Origin: Arcobacteraceae bacterium
Lineage (GTDB): Bacteria > Campylobacterota > Campylobacteria > Campylobacterales > Arcobacteraceae
Assembly: GCA_963662945.1 (NCBI GenBank)
Contig: OY759974.1
Coordinates: 1,536,001-1,600,000, forward strand
Direction of reading: 5' to 3'
Length of the DNA stretch: 64,000 nt
Shown: in pieces, positions 53,838-63,660 of the stretch
Position numbering within the stretch: the stretch's first letter is position 1
How the letters are laid out: each line of letters begins with the position of its first letter
Translations under genes and position numbers: made by a program
Notes under the pieces: generated by a model
What the model saw: the letters and a program-made list of their open reading frames with translations, nothing else
The model's database searches: none
Told to the model about the DNA's origin: nothing

Positions 53838-54506
53838 ATTTTAGTTGAATTTTTTACAACAAATGAAGATGAAAATATCGCTTATCATGTAGGTGATATA
53901 CGAACAAATGTTGATAATGCAAGAAAAAATTTAGCAAAAAAATATCACTATGATTACTTAAAACTTTGCTATATGGAACAAATACATTCTAATATCGTAA
54001 AAGTGGTTGAAGAGAATAAAACAGTTTATAAATGTGATGCTTTGGTAACCAATAAAAAAAATATTCCTTTGATGGTTATGGTGGCTGATTGTATCCCTAT
54101 ATTATTTTATGATAATGAAAAAAATGTCATAGCTGTAGCACATGCAGGAAGAGCTGGAACTTTTGAAAATATTGCAAAAAATACTTTAGAATGTATGAAA
54201 AAAAATTTTAATAGTAATATGAAAAATATTCAAGTAACTTTAGGTCCAAGTATTCAACAGTGTTGTTATGAAGTTTCAGAAGAGATGGCCCGAGAAGTTG
54301 AGTACAAATTTGGAAAAGAATATGTCAATCATAGAAATATTGATCTTCAAGGGATAAATAAAAAACAGTTACTCTCTGAAGGGGTTTTAGAAGATAATAT
54401 TACAATATCTCCAATATGTACACAATGTTCAAATCAGCCATACTTTTCATATAGAAAAGATAAAAATTGTGGTAGATTTGCTGGTATTATTATGATGGAA
54501 AGCTAA
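53838..54506 (+). CDS. pgeF: PgeF/YfiH (laccase-domain) protein; start probably upstream of first ATG (53973)
   Basis: QIH, DAL, VADC.P, HAG, GPSI..CCYEV, FSYR; in-frame upstream FTT..NIAYHVGD..V. Confidence 0.88.
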   Translation: MLVEFFTTNEDENIAYHVGDIRTNVDNARKNLAKKYHYDYLKLCYMEQIHSNIVKVVEENKTVYKCDALVTNKKNIPLMVMVADCIPILFYDNEKNVIAVAHAGRAGTFENIAKNTLECMKKNFNSNMKNIQVTLGPSIQQCCYEVSEEMAREVEYKFGKEYVNHRNIDLQGINKKQLLSEGVLEDNITISPICTQCSNQPYFSYRKDKNCGRFAGIIMMES

Positions 54507-54579
54507 AAATATAAAGTTTCATTGAAACTATTGTATAATGAATCTAATTTTAAATTTATAAAACACAAAGGTATGTAAT

Positions 54580-55467
54580 TTGATAGAAACAAGATGTGGA
54601 TTTGTAGCCACCGTTGGAAGACCAAATGCTGGTAAAAGTTCGTTGTTAAATTGGTTAGTTGGTGAAAAAATCACAATGGTTTCACATAAAGCGAATGCTA
54701 CACGAAAAAGATCAAATGTAATAGTAATGAATGGTGATGATCAAATAGTATTTATAGATACCCCAGGTATCCACGAAACAGAAAAACTTATTAATCAGTT
54801 TATGCTTGAAGAAGCTTTAAAAGCTATTGGAGATTGTGATTTAATACTTTATTTAGCTCCAGTTACAGATAAGATAAGTTATTATGAAAACTTTTTAGAG
54901 AAAAATACAAAGAATACAAAACATATATTACTTCTTACAAAAACAGATTTTGTGTCTCAAAGTGAAGTTTTTGCAAAAATGGATGAGTATAAGCAATTTG
55001 AAGATAAATATGAAGCTTTGATGACAGTATCTATTAAAAAAGGGAGAAAACAAAAAGATTTACTTGATGAAATCGTTAAACATCTTCCTGTTTCACCTCC
55101 ACTTTATGATACAGAGATTATGACAACATCACATTTACGAGAAATTTTCAAAGAGTTCATAAGGGAATCTGTTTTTGAAAATATTAGTGATGAAATACCT
55201 TATGAAACAGATGTCATTATTGAAAAAGTTGAGGAAAAGCCAAAGGTTGATGTTATAAAAGCTACTATCATTGTAGAAAAATCAACTCAAAAAGGGATGA
55301 TAATCGGAAAAGATGGGGCTGCTATCAAAAGAATAGGGCTTAATGCTAGAAAAAAAATAGAAAAACTTACTGGAAAAAAAGTTTATCTGGAACTTTTTGT
55401 CTCGATTAAAAAAGGATGGACTAAAAACAAAGACTCTTTAAAAGAGTTAGGCTATAACTTCGATTAA
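54580..55467 (+). CDS. era: GTPase Era (TTG start)
   Basis: GRPNAGKS, DTPG, TKTD, EIPY, IIGKDG..IK.IG (KH domain). Confidence 0.97.
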   Translation: MIETRCGFVATVGRPNAGKSSLLNWLVGEKITMVSHKANATRKRSNVIVMNGDDQIVFIDTPGIHETEKLINQFMLEEALKAIGDCDLILYLAPVTDKISYYENFLEKNTKNTKHILLLTKTDFVSQSEVFAKMDEYKQFEDKYEALMTVSIKKGRKQKDLLDEIVKHLPVSPPLYDTEIMTTSHLREIFKEFIRESVFENISDEIPYETDVIIEKVEEKPKVDVIKATIIVEKSTQKGMIIGKDGAAIKRIGLNARKKIEKLTGKKVYLELFVSIKKGWTKNKDSLKELGYNFD

Positions 55468-55470
55468 GTT

Positions 55471-56379
55471 ATGGCTACTAAGACTTGGGAGATAATTGAT
55501 TGTTCAAATATTCAGAGTTTTAGTATAAAAGTTACTGAAGAGATTAGTGATAAATATCTTTTAGATTTTTTACGAACCTCTTTAGAAAATCAACAACTAG
55601 AGTTCAGTACAAACAGTAAATTTTATTACAATTTTATCCCCTCGTCACTCTCTTATGAGATAATATACTTTGAAGACACCTTAAAACTATCTGTTCCTGA
55701 ACCATTTATATTTATAGAAGAGTGTGATACAACTACAAAAGAGCTTTTTGTAACAAATCATTATTTTTGTCTTTTTGATTCTAAACAATTACTATTATAT
55801 AAAGATATAAAAAATATTTTGCAAGAAGATATTCAAACTTATATTGAGCAGTTATATAAAATAAAAATAGATAAAGTAACTGTAGTAGATGAGGAAAAAT
55901 ATGAGTTGATTAAAAATAAATTTTTATTACAAAATAAAAAACATTCATTTACTTTTTATTCCATGAAAAAAGAGAACTCTTTTCAAATATTTCTAATTTT
56001 TGTTTCTGTAATGATTGTATTATTTACATTTTTTCTTTATATTTCTCTAAATCCAAATCAACAAACAACAGCAAAAGATGAAAATATACCTTCTTATGAA
56101 AAAGGATATAAAAAACATCTTCTCATCTATAAAGAGATCGATAAAAAACCTGTTAATAGTTCCATAGAATTATTTGAGTATTTAGTTAGTCATAATATCT
56201 TTATTGAAAAATTAAGTTATAAAAATAGTAAATTAAATATTGTAGTAGAAAATAGTAGTAGGAAAAAACTTCTTGCAGTGATGAAAAATTACATAAAAAA
56301 TATAGAGATACAATCTATACAATTTGATGAAAAGTTGAACAAATATAAAATGGATATAAGTATAGATGTTAAAAAATAA
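55471..56379 (+). CDS. Bitopic membrane protein, possible GspL/PilN-like assembly component
   Basis: ~170-aa N-domain, one TM, ~110-aa C-domain; operon with GspE/F homologs. Confidence 0.5.
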   Translation: MATKTWEIIDCSNIQSFSIKVTEEISDKYLLDFLRTSLENQQLEFSTNSKFYYNFIPSSLSYEIIYFEDTLKLSVPEPFIFIEECDTTTKELFVTNHYFCLFDSKQLLLYKDIKNILQEDIQTYIEQLYKIKIDKVTVVDEEKYELIKNKFLLQNKKHSFTFYSMKKENSFQIFLIFVSVMIVLFTFFLYISLNPNQQTTAKDENIPSYEKGYKKHLLIYKEIDKKPVNSSIELFEYLVSHNIFIEKLSYKNSKLNIVVENSSRKKLLAVMKNYIKNIEIQSIQFDEKLNKYKMDISIDVKK

Positions 56380-57082
56380 TTTTGAAAATCTCCCTTTAAG
56401 GGAAAAAATACAATTATATTTTATAGTAGCCATATTTTTTATACTAGTTTTTGTATTTTTGCAGGAATTATTTTTTGTTGATGGGAAAAAAGAATCAGAG
56501 CAAAAACAATACTTGAGTTTAAAAAGCTTATCCAATAAAATCGTTGTCAAAAACAATAAAGAACTTATAGATTATATTGAAACAGAACTGGCAAAAGATA
56601 CTCTATTTGTACAATCTATTACAACATCAAATCAAACTATCTCTTTAAATATAAATGGTTCATTTGATTCAGTTATACAGTTTTTACATAGAGTAGAACA
56701 ACATTTGGTTATAGATGAATTTTTTTTAGATAAGAGCGATTCAAATACTACAATGATAAAAAGCAGGATTGTATTTTTAAATCATTATTTTGCAAATCCA
56801 AATCAACATGATGTTGTATTAAAAAATATAAAAAATCCTTTTGAAAATGAGAATATATCTGTTGTAGAAAAAAAGGAAAGTCAAAGAGAAAAAGAGGTAC
56901 AGGTAAAATCAATACAAATAGAGGCAATTATATTTAATGAAGTTTTTATAGATGGGGATTGGTATAAAATTGGAGATATATTTCAAGAAAATAAGATTGT
57001 TCAAATAGAGCCAACTTTAGTAGAATTTGTAGATACAAAGACAAATAAAATAAAAACTATAAGGTTGGAAATTGATGAATAA
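56366..57082 (+). CDS. N-anchored membrane protein, possible GspM/PilO-like
   Basis: L..REK before TM; I.GSF..V..FL..VE; NPF; C-terminal I.AI....V.IDG.WY..GD. Confidence 0.55.
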   Translation: MLKNNFENLPLREKIQLYFIVAIFFILVFVFLQELFFVDGKKESEQKQYLSLKSLSNKIVVKNNKELIDYIETELAKDTLFVQSITTSNQTISLNINGSFDSVIQFLHRVEQHLVIDEFFLDKSDSNTTMIKSRIVFLNHYFANPNQHDVVLKNIKNPFENENISVVEKKESQREKEVQVKSIQIEAIIFNEVFIDGDWYKIGDIFQENKIVQIEPTLVEFVDTKTNKIKTIRLEIDE

Positions 57083-58469
57083 TAGCTTACTTGATTTTGA
57101 TATAGAATATGATATTTTGGATAGTTTTGATACTGAGAAGTTGTATGAATATAATTTTATACCATTATATAAAGAGCAATTATTTGTAATAGTAGCTACA
57201 TCCAATGAAGATAATGATATTGACAAGTTAGTAGATATTTTTAATCAACCAATAAAATTGATTTTTGTAGAGCATCAAGAGTTACAATTTGAATGGAAAA
57301 ATCTTCTTTTCAAAAGAAGATTATATAATTTGGCAAGAAAAGCTGTAAACTATAATAAAGAGAATAACAACTCCTATATTTTGGAATTTTTTGATGAGGT
57401 TTTATCCTTTAGTATAAAAAATAATGTAAGTGATATACATTTTGAATGTTTTGAAAATAGTATTGTATTGCGATGTAGAATTGATGGTGTTTTGAATCAG
57501 TTTTTTCGATTTAATATTGCTTTGTATCAAGTGATAAGTTCTGCTATAAAATACTTAGGAAATTTAGATTTAGCACAAAGAAGAATTCCTTTAAATTCTC
57601 GATTAACAAGAAAGATAGAGGCCACAAACTATGATATTAGAATCTCTACTATGCCATCAATTCATGGTGAATCAATTGTATTACGGATACTAGACAATGG
57701 AAATATAGATAAAAACTTGCAAGATATAGGCTTCGAGCAAAAAACATTGGAAGCTATTGAAACTATTTTAACTTTAACACAAGGTTTGGTATTAGTAACT
57801 GGACCTACAGGAAGTGGGAAAACAACTACACTTTATTCTATGTTAAATAAAATAAATACAAAAGAGAAAAAAATAATTACTATTGAAGACCCAGTTGAGT
57901 ATAAACTTGATGGGGTTGTACAGGTCAATCTGAATCCAGATATAGATTTAGATTATCCAACAGTACTTAAAAATGTGTTACGTCAGGATCCAGATATATT
58001 GCTTATAGGAGAGATACGAGATATAGAGTCACTTCAAATAGCTATACAAGCTTCCCTTACTGGTCACTTGGTCATTGCAACATTGCATACGAATAGTGCT
58101 GTAGAAACTATCACAAGGCTCTTAGATCTAAATGCCCCATCCTATCTTATAGCAGCAACACTAAAAATGGTCATTTCCCAAAGACTTCTACGAGTATTGT
58201 GTAGCCATTGTAAAGAGGAAGAGAAAGATTTTACTTATAAAAGTGTAGGGTGTAAGGAGTGTAATTTTACTGGATATAAAGGGAGACAAGTAGTCTCTGA
58301 GGTATTAAAAATAAATAGTGATATTGCAAGATTAATGAGTGAATATAAAGATGTGTCTAAAATTGAAAGTTATTTGGATACGCATGATTTTCATTCGTTA
58401 TTGGATAATGGGAAAAAGTTACTCCTTGAGGGGAAAACTTCTTACAGTGAATTGTATAGTAAAATTTAG
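57075..58469 (+). CDS. GspE/PilB-family assembly ATPase (CtsE-like)
   Basis: SDIHFE, GPTGSGKTT, TIEDPVE, LRQDPD, GEIRD, TGHLV, CxxC...CxxC. Confidence 0.95.
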   Translation: MNNSLLDFDIEYDILDSFDTEKLYEYNFIPLYKEQLFVIVATSNEDNDIDKLVDIFNQPIKLIFVEHQELQFEWKNLLFKRRLYNLARKAVNYNKENNNSYILEFFDEVLSFSIKNNVSDIHFECFENSIVLRCRIDGVLNQFFRFNIALYQVISSAIKYLGNLDLAQRRIPLNSRLTRKIEATNYDIRISTMPSIHGESIVLRILDNGNIDKNLQDIGFEQKTLEAIETILTLTQGLVLVTGPTGSGKTTTLYSMLNKINTKEKKIITIEDPVEYKLDGVVQVNLNPDIDLDYPTVLKNVLRQDPDILLIGEIRDIESLQIAIQASLTGHLVIATLHTNSAVETITRLLDLNAPSYLIAATLKMVISQRLLRVLCSHCKEEEKDFTYKSVGCKECNFTGYKGRQVVSEVLKINSDIARLMSEYKDVSKIESYLDTHDFHSLLDNGKKLLLEGKTSYSELYSKI

Positions 58470-59633
58470 ATGAAATATAAAATAGTATATCAGCAAGATG
58501 GAAAAATAGAGACAATCAAAGTAAATAATTTAGAAAATTTACCAAAGAATATTATAAAAATTCAGGAAAAAAAAGTAGTTCCAAATTTTCAATTAAAACA
58601 TAATCATAAAAAAAATATTCTTTATATGTTTGAACAATTAACTATTATGTTAAATGCAAATATTACATTGAGTGAAGCTATAGATTTATCTTTGAAAACA
58701 GAACAAGATAAGACTATAAGAGAGATTTTGCTCATAATGCAAGATTCAATAACAAGTGGAAAACCAATAGATAAAGCACTGCAAAAATATGATTCTATCT
58801 TAGGGGAGGTAACCATATTATTTTTAAAACTTGGAATTGAAAATGGGAATATCAAACAATCCTTAAATTCATTGACCCAACTTCTTCAAGAAGATATGAA
58901 AATAAAAACAAAACTTGATGATACCTTGCGTTATCCAAAGTTGTTAATAAGTTCACTAGTAATTTCTCTTGCAATGGTTTTTATATATGTAGTACCAAAT
59001 TTTGAGTATATTTTTACTATGAATCAAAATCAAATTCCACTCTCAACTCAAATTTTAATAGGAATAAATACTCTTTTGAAAAACTATTTTTATTTGGTTG
59101 TATTGGGTGTTGTTGGGGTGAGTTTATTGTTATATTACGGTGTTTATAAAAGATTTACTTTTTTTGTTCATAAATTTATCATTTTACAGCTACCACTTTT
59201 CAATAGAATTTTAAAAGATTATTATTTTTATAGATTTTTTTTATTAATATCAATCATTGTCAATTCTAAATATCAGTTTCAAATTGCAATAGAAAATAGT
59301 AAAAATATTATCCCAAATCTTTACATTAAAAGATTAATAGAAACAATTATGGGTGATATTAAAAATGGTACTTCAATCGCAACTGCATTTGAAAAAACAA
59401 AACTTTTTGATCCTCTCACAATACAGTTACTCTTCACCGCTGAACACACAGCTTCCTATGAGACTATTTTAGAAGATTTAGCTATCTATTACAAGCAAAA
59501 GTTTCAGACAAGTTTAAAAGTTTTTTCATCATATATTGAACCTGCTATTATTTTATCCATAGCATCTGTTGTATTATGGCTTATGTTAGCAATCATGTTG
59601 CCTATTTGGAATATGAGTTCTTTTTTATCGTAA
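58470..59633 (+). CDS. GspF/PilC-family platform protein (CtsF-like)
   Basis: QL..ML.A, G.ENG, L.YP, VVP.F, IEP, AIMLPI. Confidence 0.92.
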   Translation: MKYKIVYQQDGKIETIKVNNLENLPKNIIKIQEKKVVPNFQLKHNHKKNILYMFEQLTIMLNANITLSEAIDLSLKTEQDKTIREILLIMQDSITSGKPIDKALQKYDSILGEVTILFLKLGIENGNIKQSLNSLTQLLQEDMKIKTKLDDTLRYPKLLISSLVISLAMVFIYVVPNFEYIFTMNQNQIPLSTQILIGINTLLKNYFYLVVLGVVGVSLLLYYGVYKRFTFFVHKFIILQLPLFNRILKDYYFYRFFLLISIIVNSKYQFQIAIENSKNIIPNLYIKRLIETIMGDIKNGTSIATAFEKTKLFDPLTIQLLFTAEHTASYETILEDLAIYYKQKFQTSLKVFSSYIEPAIILSIASVVLWLMLAIMLPIWNMSSFLS

Positions 59634-60830
59634 ATTCTGTGCCAAAGTATACCCACTAGCCCAAGCAAAATGGAGATTATATCCTCCACAATCCCCATCT
59701 ACATCTAAAACTTCACCAATAAAATAGAGATTTTTTTGAAGTTTTGATTCCATTGTGTGTAGATTAATATCTTCAAGAGTAACACCACCTGCACACACTT
59801 CACAAGTTTCAAAACCTTTTGTATCTATGATATTAAACTCAAGATTTTTTATAGTATGCACAATTTTTAAAATATCTTTTCTATTTAAAAATTGTGCAGA
59901 TTTTATATTGTCTGGAATCTTTGAAGCTATGATAATATAACGACTAAGTTTTTTATTTACAATACCATCAAGCCAATGAGAAATATCTCTAGTGGCTAAT
60001 GTTTTAGCTCTATGTAGAAGCATATCAACTAATTTATTTTTAGAAAATGCTGGGAGAATATCAACAGTAACTTTTACACTTTTTTGGTGTTGTAATTTGT
60101 ATGAAATTTCTCTACTAATATCTAAAATAGCAGAACCAGAAAGTCCATATTTTGTAAAGAGAATATCACCTTGTTTGTTTTCTACAACTCCATCTATTTT
60201 AACTCCACTAATCATATCTAAATTTTTATCATCACTTACAAGTTGTACTAAAGATGCAAATGGATCAATAATATTATGATTGAATTGTTTTGCAAAGTTA
60301 TAACCACTTGTATCTCCACCAAGTTTTGGCATAGCTGTACTTCCAGTTGCAATAATAAGTTTGTCATATTTTTTATTGTTTATAATATAATATTGACCAT
60401 CATAATTTATATTTTCTATTTTTGTATTTAAGTTAATAGTGACATTATTATGTAAAGCTTCATATTCAAGACTATCTACAATACTTGAAGAGTTTTGGGA
60501 CATGGGATAAACTCTTCCTATTTCATTATTAACAAACTCTACACCTATGTTATTAAAAAAATCTTTACATTTTTTATAGTTAAAGTTTTCTAGAATAGGT
60601 TTTATTAGCGAAATATTTGAGTGGGAGTAAAAGTTATTTAATGAGATATTCTCATTAGTTACATTACATCTTCCATTTCCAGTAGCTAAAAGTTTTTTAC
60701 CTACTTTATTATTTTTTTCAAAGATTGTAACGTGATGATTTTTTTTTGCTAAAAAAATAGATGCAAGAAGACCAGAAGCTCCTGCACCTATGATAGCAAT
60801 ATTGTATTGTAAAATATTTTTTTTATTCAA
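59625..60830 (-). CDS. HI0933/BaiN-family flavoprotein oxidoreductase
   Basis: IIGAGASG, GKKLLATGNGRCNVTN, GGV, GEVLDVDGDCGGYNLH.AWASG; TTG 60830 overlaps upstream stop. Confidence 0.93.
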   Translation of the reverse strand: MNKKNILQYNIAIIGAGASGLLASIFLAKKNHHVTIFEKNNKVGKKLLATGNGRCNVTNENISLNNFYSHSNISLIKPILENFNYKKCKDFFNNIGVEFVNNEIGRVYPMSQNSSSIVDSLEYEALHNNVTINLNTKIENINYDGQYYIINNKKYDKLIIATGSTAMPKLGGDTSGYNFAKQFNHNIIDPFASLVQLVSDDKNLDMISGVKIDGVVENKQGDILFTKYGLSGSAILDISREISYKLQHQKSVKVTVDILPAFSKNKLVDMLLHRAKTLATRDISHWLDGIVNKKLSRYIIIASKIPDNIKSAQFLNRKDILKIVHTIKNLEFNIIDTKGFETCEVCAGGVTLEDINLHTMESKLQKNLYFIGEVLDVDGDCGGYNLHFAWASGYTLAQNLR

Positions 60831-61155
60831 TGGTGAAGTTTGTAGTGTATTCTTTTTGCTCATCTATAACTTTAAAAGTCCATACACCTTTTGTTCTACC
60901 TTCAATATATCTATAGTCATAGACTGAACCATGATTAGCAGGGATTGTCATTTCTCTTTCTCTTGTTACTGTGTTATCAGGTTCTATCCATTGTATACGT
61001 ATATTTTTTTCATAATCAACTCTATTTACACTATACTTACAGATAATTGAGTTTTCATCTTCAAGTATTAAACAATCTACATTGTTCTCTTCAGCATACG
61101 CAAATTGAAAAAAACACAATGTGAAAAGGTATAAGAAAAAATATTTAGTTTTCAT
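60823..61155 (-). CDS. Small exported beta-rich hypothetical protein
   Basis: Signal peptide ending AYA; Cys pair; W..PD and G.W.F.V Ig-like pattern. Confidence 0.75.
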   Translation of the reverse strand: MKTKYFFLYLFTLCFFQFAYAEENNVDCLILEDENSIICKYSVNRVDYEKNIRIQWIEPDNTVTREREMTIPANHGSVYDYRYIEGRTKGVWTFKVIDEQKEYTTNFTIE

Positions 61156-61210
61156 CACAGTTCCCTTTATAAATAATTCTTATTTTAGCTAGTTAGATAT
61201 AATAGTTATA

Positions 61211-62047
61211 TTAAACCCATATATTATCAATTAATCTTGTATTTCCTATTTTTACAGCTATTAATATAATACTATTTTTTATTTGCACAGTATTAATTTC
61301 ATTAAATTCCCTATCTACAATAGTGATATACTCAACATTTAATTCTGAATATTGAGATAAATAATTTCTCATTTCGTTTACAATGAATGAAGAATTCGTT
61401 TTATTTGCACCAATAGATTTTGCAGCAAATTTAAGTGATTTTGAGATGTTTAATGCTAATTCTCTTTGTTGTTTATCTAAATAAACATTTCTACTACTCA
61501 TAGCTAAGCCATCACTTTCTCTTACTATATCACAAGCAATAATGTTAATATCTAAATAAAAATTTTTTACCATTTGATTTATAAGAGAAAGTTGTTGTGC
61601 ATCTTTTTTTCCAAAATAAGCATTAGTAGGTTTTACTATATTAAAAAGTTTGAGAACGATTTGTAACATACCATCAAAGTGACCAGGTCTTTTTTCACCT
61701 TCTAAGATGAAACCTTTAATTTTAGGTGCTTTTATAAGTACTTCATCTTTTTCATACATCATCTCTTTGTTTGGTAAAAAAAGATAATCAACACCTGCTA
61801 ACTCACATAATTTTGAATCTGCTTGTTCTTTTTTAGGGTATTTATCTAAATCTTCACCTTGTAAAAATTGAGTAGGATTGACAAATATAGAAACAATTAC
61901 AATATCATTTTCTTTTCTAGCTTTTGAGATTAAGCTTAAATGTCCCTCATGAAGTGCACCCATTGTTGGTACAAAACCTATTGTTTTATCTTGTTTAGAC
62001 TGTTTTAGTTCATTCTTTAATATATCGATTTGATTTATTGTTATCAT
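61211..62047 (-). CDS. panC: Pantoate--beta-alanine ligase
   Basis: [40 protein letters not shown]. Confidence 0.98.
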   Translation of the reverse strand: MITINQIDILKNELKQSKQDKTIGFVPTMGALHEGHLSLISKARKENDIVIVSIFVNPTQFLQGEDLDKYPKKEQADSKLCELAGVDYLFLPNKEMMYEKDEVLIKAPKIKGFILEGEKRPGHFDGMLQIVLKLFNIVKPTNAYFGKKDAQQLSLINQMVKNFYLDINIIACDIVRESDGLAMSSRNVYLDKQQRELALNISKSLKFAAKSIGANKTNSSFIVNEMRNYLSQYSELNVEYITIVDREFNEINTVQIKNSIILIAVKIGNTRLIDNIWV

Positions 62048-62063
62048 AGTAAGGAGTAATAAT

Positions 62064-62348
62064 TTAGGCTTTTATATCAATAAGTGTTCTATGAACTGAA
62101 CTTTGTGTTGAAATTACTTCAGCATTTGCAGTATATGCAATTGGTATTTCTATTTGTTTTAACATCTCTTTTGCTATATCAATATCTTGTGTAGTATCTT
62201 CTTGATTCGTTACATTACTTTGTAAATTTTTTTGATCTTTTTGTTCTGTTTGTTCATTATCAAGATTAAGTTTTGAAAGTGCACTAGCACTTTGTTCCAA
62301 TTTTTTCTCTAGTTGGAGCATAGAATTGAGATTATTATTGATTTGCAT
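62064..62348 (-). CDS. Small protein with flagellar basal-body rod C-terminal-like helix
   Basis: DIAKEM..QI....AYTANA.VI.T......TLIDIKA. Confidence 0.75.
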   Translation of the reverse strand: MQINNNLNSMLQLEKKLEQSASALSKLNLDNEQTEQKDQKNLQSNVTNQEDTTQDIDIAKEMLKQIEIPIAYTANAEVISTQSSVHRTLIDIKA

Positions 62349-62838
62349 TTTCTTCACCTTTAAGTTGAAGTAGAATTTTATTTAAGTTAGTTTGTGTTGC
62401 TATTGTATTATCAGCACCACTTGCATCTGCAACACCAGAAGCAGCTTTCTGTATTTGATCTAATTTAAATGCTGCTGCTTTAGGGTCTGTTGGAATTGAT
62501 GTATCGAATCTCACACTTCCTCCTACTGCATACATTTTACCATCAGGACCTTGCTGATAAGTGTATGATATTGGAGTAGTTGTATGTCCTATACTTGCAT
62601 GTATTTGTTCGTGTGTACGAACTTGTGCATCAGATTGTTTGAACTTTGCTAAAACCCTAGCAAAATCTTTTTCATCATAATTCGTAGCTTGTGATGATTG
62701 TTCAATATAGTCTTTTTTAGAAACACTATCGACAGCTTTTTCTTGCTCTGCTTTTGCTAATTGGGCATATTTTGACGATAATTTTGAGTATAACTGATTC
62801 ACTGATAAGTTTTCAAAACTATCTGTAATTATCTCCAT
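62335..62838 (-). CDS. SprA-related family protein (HExxH)
   Basis: D.QVRTHEQIH, Y.YQQGPDGKMYAVGG.V..DTS, AA....SGAD. Confidence 0.82.
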   Translation of the reverse strand: MEIITDSFENLSVNQLYSKLSSKYAQLAKAEQEKAVDSVSKKDYIEQSSQATNYDEKDFARVLAKFKQSDAQVRTHEQIHASIGHTTTPISYTYQQGPDGKMYAVGGSVRFDTSIPTDPKAAAFKLDQIQKAASGVADASGADNTIATQTNLNKILLQLKGEENANQ

Positions 62839-62933
62839 AACCATCCCTTTATATGATTTCTTTAGATAATTATATCTAAATTTCTTAAAATTAAATTAAA
62901 AATATAAAAGTAATTGATTATTTGTAGTAAGAG

Positions 62934-62965
62934 AAAAATATCCTCATCATTTTTGATGAGGATAT
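62934..62965 (-). terminator. Intrinsic terminator of rhodanese gene
   Basis: ATATCCTCATCA-TTTT-TGATGAGGATAT 12-bp stem, T run on minus strand. Confidence 0.8.
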
Positions 62966-62972
62966 AAAAAAA

Positions 62973-63488
62973 TTATTTTTTACAATGTTCTGCTGTAAAT
63001 GTACCAAACTTTTGTTTTGTACCATGTTTATCTTCATGTGTACTGTATTTGTTTTTGAATGGTTCACAACCATCAATCCAAGTTACAATACCATAAATTT
63101 TAACTTCTTTGAATCCCATTTTTCTAAAAGTTTCTGCTTCTATTGCTGCTCTTGAAGCAGTATTACAAACTACTATAATTTTATCTTTTACAAATTTTTT
63201 GTTATCATCAAGTACAACGTTTGCTAAAGCTTTTTCTGGAGCTTGTCTACCAATTCTTGTTGAACCAGGGATATGAGCACCAGCCCATTCTTCCATTGTT
63301 CTAACGTCTACAACAGCCCAATCTTTTGATGCTAACGCAGCTTTAACGTCTGCAGTAGATGCGATTTGACCATTTTTTTTAGCTTCAGATTTTAAATGTT
63401 TTGTTAAACCTTTGTAATCTACAAATTCAGATGCAGTTGCTGCACCAGCCAATAATGTTGTTGCTAATAATATATTAGTTAATTTCAT
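62973..63488 (-). CDS. Exported rhodanese-domain protein
   Basis: Signal peptide (..ATA); VVDVRT..EW...HIPG; VVCNTASRA. Confidence 0.9.
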   Translation of the reverse strand: MKLTNILLATTLLAGAATASEFVDYKGLTKHLKSEAKKNGQIASTADVKAALASKDWAVVDVRTMEEWAGAHIPGSTRIGRQAPEKALANVVLDDNKKFVKDKIIVVCNTASRAAIEAETFRKMGFKEVKIYGIVTWIDGCEPFKNKYSTHEDKHGTKQKFGTFTAEHCKK

Positions 63489-63660
63489 AATATATGTTCT
63501 CCTAGTTTTGTTTTATTTCTATAAGTTTTACTAATAAATTAAATAATTCTTCATTATTTAGTATAAGTAAAAGTTATATGTTGATGAAAATTGTATCACT
63601 ATTTTCTTATAGTAAACTTAAAAATTTAAATATAATTGACTAATAGTCAAAATATAATTA

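Noticed and set aside
63520-63578. Long imperfect inverted repeat upstream of the rhodanese gene
   Set aside because: Almost entirely A/T with mismatches; cannot be told from chance without statistics
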